Positions 30,624 to 45,028 of a DNA stretch of 64,000 bases are shown here, one piece after another. The notes under the pieces were generated by a model. The model saw nothing but the letters and a program-made list of their open reading frames with translations. It ran no database searches and was not told the DNA's origin. Numbering within the stretch: the stretch's first letter is position 1; every line of letters starts with the position of its first letter. The stretch spans positions 25,854,001-25,918,000 of the forward strand of contig OX597836.1 of the NCBI GenBank assembly GCA_951406725.2, in the 5' to 3' direction. Both the position numbers and the translations under genes were made by a program. Origin of the DNA: Octopus vulgaris. Its lineage: Eukaryota.

Positions 30624-30626
<3 letters not shown>
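30322..30626 (-). mobile_element. tRNA-derived SINE (family C head, different tail)
   Basis: Minus-strand head GTGGAGGCACATGGCATAGTGGTTAG..GTGTTCGAATTTC. Matches 1792-1970 and then diverges to a GGAAACCGGGAAACCGGCCCTTATGAGCC tail. Confidence 0.75.
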
Positions 30627-30656
<30 letters not shown>

Positions 30657-30693
30657 GTGTGTGTGTGTATGTGTGTGAGTGTGTGTGTGTACA

Positions 30694-31151
30694 TAACAAT
30701 TATCGTCAAGCTAATATGGTAGTTCATAAATATAAGACTAAAGCTGCCGTTGATTAGCTCCAAGAGGCCATCGCCTCTAGCTAGCTATATGACACACGAA
30801 CCTGTGTCCATTATAACCTTCGAACAGGTGAGGTCAGCCGTTTCCTCTTGCTGGTCAGGCATCTTCAGACATGTTTCAGGGTATTTGCTCTTTATCGATG
30901 TAGAGTAGCCAAACCCAGCAGGCGTCGCTGCTGTCCGTCTGTTCGGAGGATTATTTACCTAATTTCAGTGGATATACCCTGAAATACCCTAAAACATGGG
31001 GAAGCGGCTGACCTCCCCTGTTCGAAGGTTATAATAGACACAGGTTCGTGTGTCATATAGCTAGCTAGAGGCGATGGCCTCATGGAGCTAATCAACGGCA
31101 GCTTTAGTCTTATATTTATGGACTGCCATATTAGCTTGGCGATAACTGTTA
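30694..31151. repeat. Long inverted repeat (~150 bp arms, ~155 nt spacer)
   Basis: 30694-30845 matches the reverse complement of 31000-31151 with few mismatches. Flanked by (TG)n and (AGT)n. Confidence 0.95.
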
Positions 31152-31199
31152 ATTTCCAGTACCGCTGCCGTAGTCTCTTTTACAGAGACTTAGATATTT

Positions 31200-31232
<33 letters not shown>

Positions 31233-33094
31233 CAGCGGCTGCAGCAGCTGTAGCAGTAGCAGCAGCAGTGGTGAATGCATACAAGCCTTTGGCCCTGGTT
31301 TTACTCTAGCCCTCTATCGACCTTTATTCTATGTTGTTTCATTGTTGTGTACTTAGATTCTACATATCAAGAGCGGAAGCAGGATAGAACAACCAGTCGA
31401 TCGACGTTCATGTTTTGTTACATACATTTGTTGGTTTAATTTTATTACCTTTTTCTAAAATCACTGCTGTCAATTTAATGGACTATTGCTTTCAAAAGAG
31501 TTCATTGTTGAACTGAATGTTTGCATATGTAAGCCTTGGAGAGAGATCAGTTCTGTCCAGCTGACTTGCTTGCACTTGATAGATTCGTTGCATTAAGTGG
31601 AGGCCAGCAACTGGCACACTGTCACTACCATGTTGTTTGCTAAGTTCTACTTTTTCTTTGTTCAATGGACTCTATTAAGTTCGCTGCATATTTTCCTAAC
31701 ATTCAAAGCTGAACCATCAAACCAACAATGAAATGCCTGGCAGAAGAATGGAATACTGTTTAATGTGCTTTTAGAAAAACTGTAACATCTGAGATACTGT
31801 TTAATTAAAACTGGAAGACACTCTGTTTGAAAGTTTGGCAAACACATTTCTTGCTCTTCCTCAGCAATATATTATCTTCATAAAATCTAACAGCTTTCAT
31901 AGAGAAAAAAAGAATTAATAAAATAAAATGGGAAACATTTCAAAATTGTATTGCACTTGTCTAACAAATGACTTGATGTTTGACCGTGTATGTTAAAACT
32001 AAAGCCACTATACCACGTAGGAAATGTTTAATAATACACAAAGTTGTTTAAATGTTAGATACTAACCTGTTTTCACCGGTTTGATCTCTGATCATGTAAA
32101 TTTTTTTTAAATCGAGCAGATTTACCACATAAAACCTCTACACCTTAAGGTTACTTTTAATCCGACATTGAAGTCACAACCTCCATTTTTAATATAAACT
32201 CTCAAAAAACAGAATTCGCTGTTATGTCTCTGTTAACTTTTCTAAGCAGAAAATTTGGTTTATTATTCAACAAAATTCTTAAATTAAATCTCAATTCTTT
32301 GATCTCCATTCCTTGATCACCCTAATCAAAATTCATTCTAATAAGCGTTTATTCAACCGAATTAATTATAAACATAAAACAGTTAATTACTAACTTATAT
32401 ATTCATAAAAATGGTGAAAGCGCGTGGTCTAATTATTAGAGGTGATGCACTGGCGATTGCCTGGTCAGCGGGGTGGCATCATTCGAAAGCTAAAACAATG
32501 CGTAGCCCATTGTGACCGGCGATATATAACAACATCCAATAATCTGATGGATAACGCGATATTTCTAAAATAATATTCATAATATTTTGAATTTATTTTA
32601 AGAGGTGTCAAAATCTTCGCCACACAACTGCGACTTGGTCACTGACATAATTCCGCAATGATTCAAATTTCAAGTAAATTGAAAATGTCTTATTAAAAAG
32701 CTGAAATGCCTTTCCCAAGTTGAAATTAGAATATAGTTGAATGCCTAAAACAATAGGGAATAAGAATTCTTATTCAAAATGGTGTGTACTTTGAGATTTG
32801 GTTTCGATTCCCTTTTAGAGTTTATTTTTATTTCCTTCTGCAGAAAATCTCACGTGTAAAGCATAACTCGAGTGAACGAAGAAACCGCGAAGAAGTCTCT
32901 CAACGTTGCAGGAAACAGTAACCAAATGTCCCACACATGGAATACTATAAACCTATGTGCAATGTAATTGAAAAATAAAACGGGTGATCGTGGATGGAAC
33001 GGCTTTGGGCAAATCTCTACCGAAAGATGACTAATCTGCGACTAACAAGCACTACAACCAGAACATAAATATAGATAGGAACTTCTAAGTGGTC

Positions 33095-33540
33095 AGCCGG
33101 TATGCAAGAAATAGCAGCTAAATCCCTAACAAATCACAACCTACCGACTTCAATAAAGACCTACATAATCCTAAACAAACAGGATGGTCACGGATAAATT
33201 GCTTTCGATTGCGCCTGGTCTAGGACTCGACATTAACAATCAACTTCGTTTCCAAGTAACTCTTACCGATCAAATCTACAACCGAAAATATTCCAACCAT
33301 GATCAAGCCGTCGAGATGTAACATGCTCAGAACTACATAATCTCCCTCACTTTTTAAGAGACAAATGCCATGTTGTTGTTGTGTAACCTCAAGGTCATCT
33401 CTCATCAAGTTCTCTTCCGATCAAAGGTGTTACAACCGTGACCATCCAGTCCTTTTTCGGGCTCTCTAAGACATTCTCTAACGGTTCAGCATTTGAGAGT
33501 GCAGGGAGCGATACGAGGAAGGTTTAGCTGTTATCATTAA
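33095..33540. mobile_element. Old MITE-like palindromic repeat
   Basis: AATAGCAGCTAAAT..GGATGGTCACGG on the left and CCGTGACCATCC..TTTAGCTGTTAT on the right. Related fragments near 12595-12740 and 19850-19980. Confidence 0.4.
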
Positions 33541-34137
33541 TTGGTCGAACCACCTCATTGAAGAAGAAGAAGAAGAAGAAGAAGAAGAAGAAGAAGAAGA
33601 AGAGATTATAAGCATGATGATAATGATCATGGCAATGACGATGACGAGGATGATGATGAACTTGGCTGCCCCCTCTCACCCAACCAATATCCACACAAGT
33701 CGGTGTCTCAGTAGCAAGCTTCATAGAAGTGTCGTTAATATTATTACGTCTTGATTACTTTCTTAGCTTTTCTGCATTGTCTTGGAAGCAAAGGTGCAAC
33801 AGCACCAGATGAAAATCGAAACCTCATCAGGATAAATCTAATTAATCAAAGTACAAGATGACGTAATGATTGAAGCATGGCCATAGCCTCCCCTTTTCAG
33901 CAATGCACTTTTCCATTATACTCTACTCCAACGCCTCTTGTTTCCCGCCACCTTAATTAAACACAAAATTCTTCAATCGTTCATCCCGTTTCAACAACAA
34001 ACACACAATGACATCATCGCTCACATGATGAGATTGTTGAATATTTAACGAGCCGGCTTACGTCATTTCTTCTCAAGTCTGGCCGGCGGGAAAATCAGAT
34101 ATGAAGGTGTGTGCGGGTTCGCGTATGAGTGCATATT

Positions 34138-34251
<114 letters not shown>

Positions 34252-34380
34252 TAGATAGATAGATAGATGGAGAGATGTGTGTGTGTGTGTTTGTAGACAG
34301 ATTTGGAGTGAGAAAGACATGCAGATATTGAGATATGCATGTATATAGAAGCATATATATACATAAATATGTATATATAT

Positions 34381-34415
<35 letters not shown>

Positions 34416-34445
34416 ATATATGTATATACACACATATATATATAC

Positions 34446-34508
<63 letters not shown>

Positions 34509-34711
34509 TATGTATATATACATGTATATACATATATACTTACATATACATAAATACATGTATTTACGAGTACCTACAAACCCACACACATACATACATA
34601 CGTTTGAGCAATCATCTCGACGACAAGCAAATGGATCGTATTATTTTAAGATGTCAGTCGTTGGGTGTTTAAGAATGTATACGTATATTCATGCGTATAT
34701 CTATATATATA

Positions 34712-34845
34712 TTCTTTTATTCATCTCCTTGTTTCAGTTATTTGACTGCGGCCATGCTGGAGCACCGCCTTTAGTCGAACAAATTGTAAGCCCAGTACCT
34801 ATTTCATCGGTCGCTTTTGCTGAACCGCTAGGTTACGGGGAGGCA
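34712..34845 (-). mobile_element. SINE family A, 3' fragment
   Basis: TTTGACTGCGGCCATGCTGGAGCACCGCCTTTA. Confidence 0.8.
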
Positions 34846-35056
34846 CACACACACCAACCAACGTCGATTCAGTGTAAAAATAAAACAAAAGAAAAAAAAG
34901 AAACCTTTGTGAACGTAAAGAAACTGTATATATCTTTTAGCATAAAGAAATGCTCCTTATTGATCATAACGATGACGATGTTTACACTAATAACGTTTAT
35001 TATTATCATTATTATTATTGTTATTGTTGTTGTTCTTGTTGTTGTTGTCGTCGTCG

Positions 35057-35586
<530 letters not shown>

Positions 35587-36036
35587 TGTCGTTCTTATTC
35601 GTTCTTATTCTAGTCCATGTTGTTGATACTGATGTTGCCGTTTCTATCCCCCCGTTGCAGTTGACGAATTTGTTCTATCGTGGCTTATAATTGTGGATGT
35701 GAGTTGTCATATGGATATATATATATATATGTATATGTGTGTGTATGCGTGTGCATGCATGTGTGTGTATATGTGTATGCATAGGAATGTGTACGTGTGT
35801 AGGAACATTTTTGTGTGTATGTGATATTAAGATCGTGTTTTTTTTATTTAATATGAAACAGGAAATTGAAAGCAAAATTATATTCCTATACATACATTCA
35901 AACAAACAAGAATAGATATCTGTGACTGTATGTGTATATACATATATATGTATGTATATTATATATTATGTATCATATTATATTATAGATTATAGATTAT
36001 AGATTTATATTATATATATTATATATATATATATAC

Positions 36037-36083
<47 letters not shown>

Positions 36084-36166
36084 TTTAAGTAGGAAATTGG
36101 CAGAACATGGTGCCATATAAATGCATGTATGTATATAACATATATATATACGTACATGCAAATTTA

Positions 36167-36222
<56 letters not shown>

Positions 36223-37146
36223 TTGTACACAAATGTGCATGTGCATGTGTGTGTGAATGCATATATATATATACACGTATTCATGTATGTATGTATGTAT
36301 GTATGTATGTATGTATGTATGTATGTATTTATGTATGTGTAAGACATTGATATGAATATTTACACACATTCGTAATGCCGTTATTAAAATTCTGCTTCTA
36401 TTTCTCTTTAAACAGGAAATGATGTACAAAATAATATTCTTCACAAAAATATAAATTGAATTCTATTTGTTTATATATTCTCTTGATCTATTTTCTTTAA
36501 ACTTATAAAACATATAATACAAACTCTCGGTGTGTATATATATATGTGTGTGTGTAGGTGTGTGTGTAAATCTGTCACCTGTGCGTAAGAGCGTGTTTGT
36601 GTGTGTATAACACAATCATATGCATAATACTCAAACATACTCACCGTTTTTTCCCCTTCCTAAGTGTGTGTATATGTGTATGTGTGTTTCTGTGTTTGTG
36701 TGCTTCTGTGTGTGTTACTGAGTGTGTGTGTTTCTGTGTGTGTGTTTGTGATTGTGTGTGTGTCTGTGTTTCTGTATTTCTGCGTGTATTGTGTTTCCGT
36801 GTTTATGTGTTTCTGTGTGTGTGATTCTAGTGTGTATGTGTTTCTGTGTGTGTGTGTGTGTGTGTGTGTTTCTGTGTGTGTTGTGTTTAAGTGTGTTCTG
36901 TTTCTGTGTTTCTATGTGTGTGTGTGTGTGTGTGTATGTGTGTCTTTCTGTGTGTATTGTGTTTCTATGCTTGTACGTTCCTGTGTGTATGTGTTTCTAT
37001 GTCTGTGTGTTTCTGTGTGTGTGTGTGTGTCACCTGTGTACGAGTGTCACCTGTGTGTGTGTGTGTCTGTGTACATAACACAATCATATACATAATACTC
37101 AAACACACATGTTCCCTTCGTAAATGTGTGTGTGTGTATTCTCTCT

Positions 37147-37183
<37 letters not shown>

Positions 37184-37714
37184 GTTCGTCTGTACGCATT
37201 TGTGGTTATTTACATGTATGTACCTGTAGCTCTCTGCGAACATATACATACTTACATAAATACATTGTAGACTTGAATCCGTGCTTGGATACGTATAACT
37301 GTAATATTCTTATCTATGTGTTTCGTTGCGTGTGTTTGTTAGGTATTTTGGAATATGAGAGTGTGTGTGTCTGTGTGTGTATGTACGCGTGTGTATGTGT
37401 GTGTGTGTGCTCTTGCGTGTGTGTGTGTGTGGTTGTTTATTTATATGTGAGGAAAAGAAACACGGAGATTAAAATTCGAATCACGGATTGTTTCCAAGCC
37501 ACAGAGCGTACCTCTGTTGGTTGGAATGAAAAGAAGCGATACGACTGCAGTGAACGGGGGAATAAAAGCGTTGCAGTCAGCGTCTCATCTATCATGCACC
37601 GGAAAGGGATCCCTTTTGACAGTGTTAGGAGGGCGATTCGGCACTTGGGAACACTTTGAAGTTAGTTCACATATGTCTTTTTTTTTTTTTTTTGTAGATT
37701 CAAAATTGGGAATA

Positions 37715-38241
37715 CGATGACGATGATGATGAGGAGGAGGAGGAGGCAGGGGGAGAAGGAGGATGACGATGATGTTGACGATAATGAGGACGACGTCGAG
37801 GACGACGATGATGATGATGACGATAACGATGATGATGATTATGATGACGATGATGATGATGATGATGATGATGATGACGACGATGATGATGATGATGATG
37901 ATGATGATGACGACGATGATGATGACGATAATGATGATGATGATTATGATGACGATGATGATGATGACAACGTCGATGATGATGACGACGGTAACAACGA
38001 CGATGGTGATATTGAAGATGATGATGATGATAACGACGACGACGACGATGATGATGAAGATGACGATAATGATGATGATAATGATGATGATGATGATGGT
38101 GATGATTACGATGATGATGATAATGACGACGGCGACGATGATGATGATCAAGATGACGATCATGATGATGATAATAATGATGATGATGTTGATGATGATG
38201 ATGACGACCACCACCACCACGATGACGATGATGCTGATGAT
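37715..38241. repeat. Degenerate (GAT/GAC)n array
   Basis: Direct reading of the sequence. Confidence 0.97.
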
Positions 38242-39002
38242 GTGTAAATTCTGTGCATGACAGAAACCACAGCATTTTGATCCGTCGCTAAGTAGCCACA
38301 CATGTATTTAACACTACTCAATGTTTTGCTTATATGCTAGCTCTTCTTCGCTCTATTACGAAGTATGCTTCGAATGTGGTCTTTAAATTTCTTTCTTTTC
38401 TTTTTCTTTATGTTAGGTGGTGGTGATGACAGAACGATGCCGATACGATGACGAATGCTGATTCTGACGGAGTGGTCCCTTAGCTCTATGTACTTTGTTC
38501 GCGTGTTGCTGCATCAGACATCACCAGGATATACCATAATTTCTAGCATTTTTCCTTCTCGGGGGCAAAGACATCTATCATTCCTTATTCAGACCCAATT
38601 CTAAGTGGAGCTGAACACTTTCTCACCCTGGTGTGCAAAGACACGTGAATACATGAACAGGACAACAGCAACAGCAAAAGACAGTTTTTGACTATAAGGG
38701 TGAATGAAATCAGCAGAGTTAATTCCCATCAATTAAACCTACAAATCGGAGTCGTTAAGACTTTTGAGCTTAGCTTTGCTGAAATTTTGGCACATTCTGT
38801 TCTGGATTAAAGCAGACTTCTTAGCTTTACCATTCTTTAGATTCAGAGAGGTTCGGGAAAGAGAAATCTCTTGATAAATACGAGATTTGCTTTACGTAAT
38901 TTAAATCTGTCCTGGATAAATTTCTCATTTGAAACGAGTCAGGGGTTTTCTCATATTCTCTCAAGTAGGATTTTGTTAAGATTTTTCCGGAAACTGAGTG
39001 AG

Positions 39003-39198
39003 GGCGCAGGCGTGGCTGTGTGGTAAGAAGCTTGCTTCCCGAGAACCACATGGTTCTGGGTTCAGTCCCACTGCGTGGCACCTTGGGCAAGTGTCTTCTA
39101 CTATAGCCTCAGGTCTACCAAAGCCTTGTGAGTGGATTTGTTAGACGGAAACTAAAAGAAGCCCGTCATGTGTATATATGCGTGTATGCGCGTGTGTC

Positions 39199-39230
<32 letters not shown>

Positions 39231-39243
39231 CGAGAGAGAGAGA

Positions 39244-39276
<33 letters not shown>

Positions 39277-39500
39277 TGTGTGTGTGTGTACATCTTTGAG
39301 TGTGTGTTTGTTTCCCATCTACTTGATAACCGGTGCTAGGTTGTTTACTTCCCTGTAACTCAACGATCCGACAAAAGAGACAACAGAATAGGTACCGAGC
39401 TTTAAAAAGTCCTGAGGCTGATTCCTTCGACTAAACTGTTTCAAGATGTTGCTACAGCATGGCCGCAGTCAAATGCCTGAAGCAACTAAAACTTAAAAGA
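39003..39500 (+). mobile_element. SINE family A, full length
   Basis: Head and tail match the family, with an expanded internal microsatellite. Confidence 0.85.
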
Positions 39501-39744
39501 TAAAGGACAGTTAATACATCTGAATTTTCCGTAGCTCCTGAGGTTCCTTTTGATGCTAGTTTTATAAGGAAACCCTCTTCCCAGCGCAGTAGCATTTGCA
39601 CTTTTAATAAGCTCTTTCCAAGCAGAGGATACACCGCAGTAATTACAATATTTTATTCCACCTTGAGTGCATCGGCTGAATGTCGCCAGGTGCAGCCACC
39701 TCCTCCACCACCTCCTCACCATTCTTCAACAGTCTACTGAGTTT

Positions 39745-39797
39745 TCTACGTCACGGTCTTTCCTCTACGTCACGGCATTTCCTCTACGTCACGGTCA
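39745..39797. repeat. Three tandem ~19-bp units containing TCTACGTCACGG
   Basis: TCTACGTCACGGTC / TTTCCTCTACGTCACGGCA / TTTCCTCTACGTCACGGTCA. Confidence 0.9.
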
Positions 39798-40171
39798 TTC
39801 ACAACTGCTCCTAACCTCTAATGAGAAAGAGACGACGTTTTGGCGTAAGGCTGATAACACAGCCCTACAGCAGCAGCAACAACAACAACAAAATAATCTT
39901 GCCACAGTGAGCATTAGCAATAAAATAACTGGTGAAAAGAAATCTGACGTAAATATAGACACAGACGGGGCTAATATAACATTAAACCAGTCATGCACCG
40001 TTGAACATTCACTGTTTAATCAATTAATCGTTAATGCAGAACACAGCGTTCGTTGAATAACCTGGAATATTAAATGAAGATATACCTACAATTATTTTAA
40101 TTATAAGCTTCGCTACTAAATGTAAACGAATGTAAATACAGAGTTTTATATATACACATATATGTAGACAA

Positions 40172-40239
<68 letters not shown>

Positions 40240-40257
40240 TGTGTGTGTATATATATG

Positions 40258-40324
<67 letters not shown>

Positions 40325-40431
40325 GGTTACACACACACACATATACGTATATACATGCATATGCATATATTTACACAATCACACATACATATATATGTAT
40401 GTCTACATCATTATTATTATTATTATTTTTA

Positions 40432-40765
40432 TTATTTTGGTTTGGACCAGGTTCGGTCTTATTTCTGATAGGATTTATATGGGTAGTGGGTTTCTACCTG
40501 TAACCTTAAGTATCCACAAGCTGTCAGCAGTTTTTCAAGTTCTTACAACCTTCCTCATAATCCTTGATATCCCTAAGTGTCAAACTTTCTATAGGACCTC
40601 TACCGGGCATTCTATTCCAATCTCTTTCATCCATTTGTCTATATCATTGCTTATTCTTCCCAACGCACCAATTATTTCAGGCACGACCTTTACAGTTCAC
40701 ATACTCTAAAATGCTTCCTATTTCAAATGTTAAGGGATTGTACTTCTTGTCTCGTCTCTCTATTA
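40432..40765 (-). mobile_element. 3' fragment of a divergent R4/Dong-like LINE
   Basis: Minus strand: KYNPLTFEIGS../KVVPEIIGALGRISNDIDKWMKEIGIECPVEVL*KV*HLGISRIMRKV, followed by a (TAA)n tail. Confidence 0.7.
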
Positions 40766-42321
40766 TTACTTTTACTCGCGTCTCTATCTTAATAGAAACT
40801 GATGAATAAATAAATCAAACCGCATAAACAAATGGCCACAAAACCGTTCAGAAATTGAATAACACTAACATATCCAGTAACAATAATAACTTTACCTTAT
40901 CCTTGACAATTTTTAGTTTTACCAATTTAGAATATATCGCTCCTGTTTAAAACCGCTTACCTCCTGGACAATTGCATTTCTAGCTCTGTCTTGAATGAAG
41001 CTTTACTTCTTGGACTCACGTTTTTGTGGGCAACGATGTTGTTAAACCTCCGTTAACATCACCGTATGCAGGTCCTTTCCGCTTTTTTTCACGCACGGAT
41101 AAATTTTTCACTATGGACCTTAATGGTCGTAAAGAAATTATATCAGGGGATAGATTTTAAAAAAAGCCTTTATTGAGAAAACTGTCCCTGTTTCCTCTGC
41201 AGACGACACACACACACACACAGTATTACAAACACGGCCCGCACACCCACCTTCACATTCGATGGCAACCATTGGGATCTATTAGGTACCGGACAAGGAT
41301 GCTGGATTATTTTTCTTGTTTTTTTTATTTAAGTTTTAAGAGCGATCGGGTTCGTTTTTAGTATTCTCATTTATGAGAGAAGTCGAGTTTATTTCAGATA
41401 TACTCATTAAAAAAATCCTCACCGGTTAATCGTTGAGAGGACTTTGGTGTTGCCTTGACGGAGTATTGTACTCTCTGAGTCCTCTTGTTAGTATTTAACT
41501 TATATTTTAAAATATAGGAAAACACTTAACCGGTTTCACATAAGATTTTCAAAAGTGCATAGTTTATGGATTTTTGTCACGAATTATGTCTATTCTGGCC
41601 GTTTTTATAAAATAGTTCGCTTTTAAAATAGGAATGTGGTTCAGAACGCTATTAGTTAACGTATAAATTGTTTGGTCAACGTTAATATATTACGCTTATG
41701 TGACAGTCGTGCGAGAGCGTCACATAATAGCTTTTCTGCAATGAATATGTCATATGACAGTTAGAAAAGAGAGATATGAATAAGTGATAAAATAATTGTT
41801 ATAGACAACTATCGTTTATTATTCTGCCGAGAAATAATGTTATAATACTTACTAGTTCTCTTCCACTCAACATGTTTAAACATACCGCTTCTTTGGTAGC
41901 AAGCTGTGGCGTAAGTAAGATGAGGCGTGGAGTAAATGAAACCCGATAGCTACTACATGTACTTTGGTTTTCTTATGAACAAGCCTAAGTAGAGATTCTA
42001 ATAAATAATTCATTGGAAAAGAAGAACTGCATATTGTATGAGTAGCTTGATTTAGAATGCCAGAATGATACATTAGTTTGCATTTTTATCCAGAGAGCCA
42101 TGTTTGATACCTATAACAGTGTCTGCATTACATTTACATGGCTTTTGTAAATCAGAAAGCTCAAAGCACTAAAGTTTTAGTGAGAAACACATATTTTACC
42201 AAGTTTATCACTAGATTCATAGTTAAATCAATCTGTTATATCAAGCTGATTTCAATTGGAGGTTAGGGCAACAAAACTGGAGACAGCTCGTGAATAATTC
42301 GTGTGGTATTACACTGTTAAT

Positions 42322-42640
42322 TCGTCGGTTACAACGACTAGGCCTCCACCTGATGCGATGAGCAGAAGAGCAGGCTTGGGGAATTCACGTTCAAGTGATT
42401 GAGTACTCCATAGTACGCATAAATTTGTATCGTAGTTCTCAGGGAAATTTAGTGTGATACAGAATGGGGCAATGTTGACCCTATGAATTACAAGCTACAA
42501 CTCATTTTTGCTAGCTGAATTAACCGGAGCACCGTGAAATAAAGAGTCTTGCTGAAGATCACAACTCGCCGCCGGGAATTGAACTCACAACCTTACAATC
42601 GTGAGCCGAATGCCCTAACCATTAAGCCAGGGGCCTTCAT
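42322..42640 (-). mobile_element. tRNA-derived SINE family C-related, degenerate
   Basis: A box TGGCTTAATGG and B box GAGTTCAATTCC on the minus strand, plus the shared body. Confidence 0.65.
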
Positions 42641-42681
42641 GAAATATTACACACAGACACACACATAGTGAACAAATCTAT

Positions 42682-43082
42682 CACTCTTTACTCTTTTACT
42701 CTTTTACTTGTTTCAGTCATTTGACTGCGGCCATGCTGGAGCACCGCCTTTAATCGAGCAACTCGACCCCGGGACTTATTCTTTGTAAGCCCAAGACTTA
42801 CTCTATCAGTCTCTTTTGCCGAACCGCTAAGTAACGGGGACATAAACACACCAGCATCGGTTGTCAAGCAATGCTAGGGGAACAAACACAGACACACATA
42901 CATACACGCACACATATATATATACATATATACGACGGGCTTCTTACAGTTTCCATCTACCAAATCCACTCACAAGGCTTTGGTCGGCCCTAGGCTATAG
43001 CAGAAGACACTTGCCCAAGATGCCACGCAGTGGGACTGAACCCGGAACCATTTGGTTGGTTAGCAAGCTACTTACCACACAG

Positions 43083-43083
<1 letters not shown>
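42682..43083 (-). mobile_element. SINE family A
   Basis: Near-identical to 19411-19815. Confidence 0.9.
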
Positions 43084-43131
<48 letters not shown>

Positions 43132-43185
43132 CGAGGGCGTGCAGTAAAGTTCCTGGCTTTAAGGGTATCGCAAAAGGCCTGTGTG

Positions 43186-43223
<38 letters not shown>

Positions 43224-43368
43224 TACGTATATATATATGCATACACACAAACACATTCACTCACACACACACACGCATATATATATATATACACACATAC
43301 ACACATATATATGTATGCATGTGCGTGTGTGTTTCTGTAGATAAATATTTATATATATATATATATAT

Positions 43369-43415
<47 letters not shown>

Positions 43416-43660
43416 TAGATATAGATATATCTATATACATATATATGTATATGTTTATATGCAAATACATACACATATACATACATGTACACATATACAA
43501 ACACATTAAAACAAACAACAAAAAAGGTAAAACACAAAGAAAAGCCCAGCCACAAAAGTTTCTGCTGTTTAGTAGTTTTATGGTCATTTCATCATAAATC
43601 AAGTGATAAAGTGCAAATACAGTGTCACCGGAAATTGAATAACACACACACACACACACT

Positions 43661-43692
<32 letters not shown>

Positions 43693-44042
43693 CTCGATTG
43701 ATAAACAATATAACGTATATAATTAACTGATAGCAATAGTAACGCGGTGTATAATATATGTTTCCTTTATGAAAATATATAAAATCTATTTTGTGAGATT
43801 TATAAGTTAGCTAAAGTAAGAAATGACCAAACACTGGTCTCTCTTGATAACTAAATGAAATTTATGGATATATAAATATATATATATATATCATTATTAT
43901 TAATATTGTGAAAACCAAGAGAGAAGGTGGAGATGTGCCTCTATTGTTTGGTATTCAACCAGTTTGATATTGAACATTTTTATGCCTCCGAGGTTTAAAA
44001 CCTCACCTGTACTTTGATCTATCTATTTATATATTTATCTAT

Positions 44043-44106
<64 letters not shown>

Positions 44107-44107
44107 A

Positions 44108-44164
<57 letters not shown>

Positions 44165-44897
44165 GTCTATATATCTATCTATCTATCTATCAATATATAT
44201 ATATATATAAAAGTTCAGTAACATTTAGATTCAGTTGAATATGGTACTTAAGTTAAAGGCACCAGAATTTGGTATGGTATTATCCATATAATTCAAAATG
44301 GGGTGATTACAATCAAAATAAGCAACAAGGATATCCCGGGGAAATGCAGGATATCTGCATGTCGTTGTTGCTTATTTTGATATATACATATATATATTTT
44401 TTTTTTTTCTGCGAGCAGATCTAAATTTTGATTCGTTAAAAAATTGATGACGTTTTTCTTCCGTGGTCAAGCTTGTCGTTCTGCTTGGTTGGTTTCCTTA
44501 CAGGATACAGTTATGGGTCTTTTCCTTGTAATCGTTGAAGTTTGGTTTTGATTGGTTTGGAATTATGTGACGTCAGTGAACAGTGCCAGTGAACAGTGCC
44601 AGGGAACCGACCACTTTTGGCTGCTGCCACGGCCACAGCTTAACTGCTACAACCCCAACCACCACCAAGGGTGCCAAAATTACGACCAACAGTAACAGCC
44701 ACAGGTTACTGCTACTACGACCAACAATCACTACTGTTGCTACCATTGGAACACAAGGTAACAAAAAAGCGGTTCCTTTTGATACCAGCAAGAAACAATA
44801 ATGGACTTCTTCACTACACTCAACAGTAATATAGCGATTATACGAACTACCGACAAAACACCACCACGTGGATTCTATTGAGAACAGTAAGAAACGA

Positions 44898-44979
44898 TTA
44901 TGAACTTTTCTATTGCACTTTTTATAATATATTTGATAAGGTTCGTATTTTCAAGAACCGAAACATGTAAAATTCATAA
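44898..44979 (+). ncRNA. Decayed hammerhead-like fold
   Basis: TTGATAA (CTGATGA with 2 changes)-GGTTC-loop-GAACC-GAAA-CATG-TA. TTATGAAcTTT (44898) pairs with AAAaTTCATAA (44969). A short tail leads into (TA)n. Confidence 0.5.
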
Positions 44980-45028
44980 GAAAATTAAAATTTATCTAAT
45001 ATAGTGGCGTTTTCAAACTTCTTTTTTT

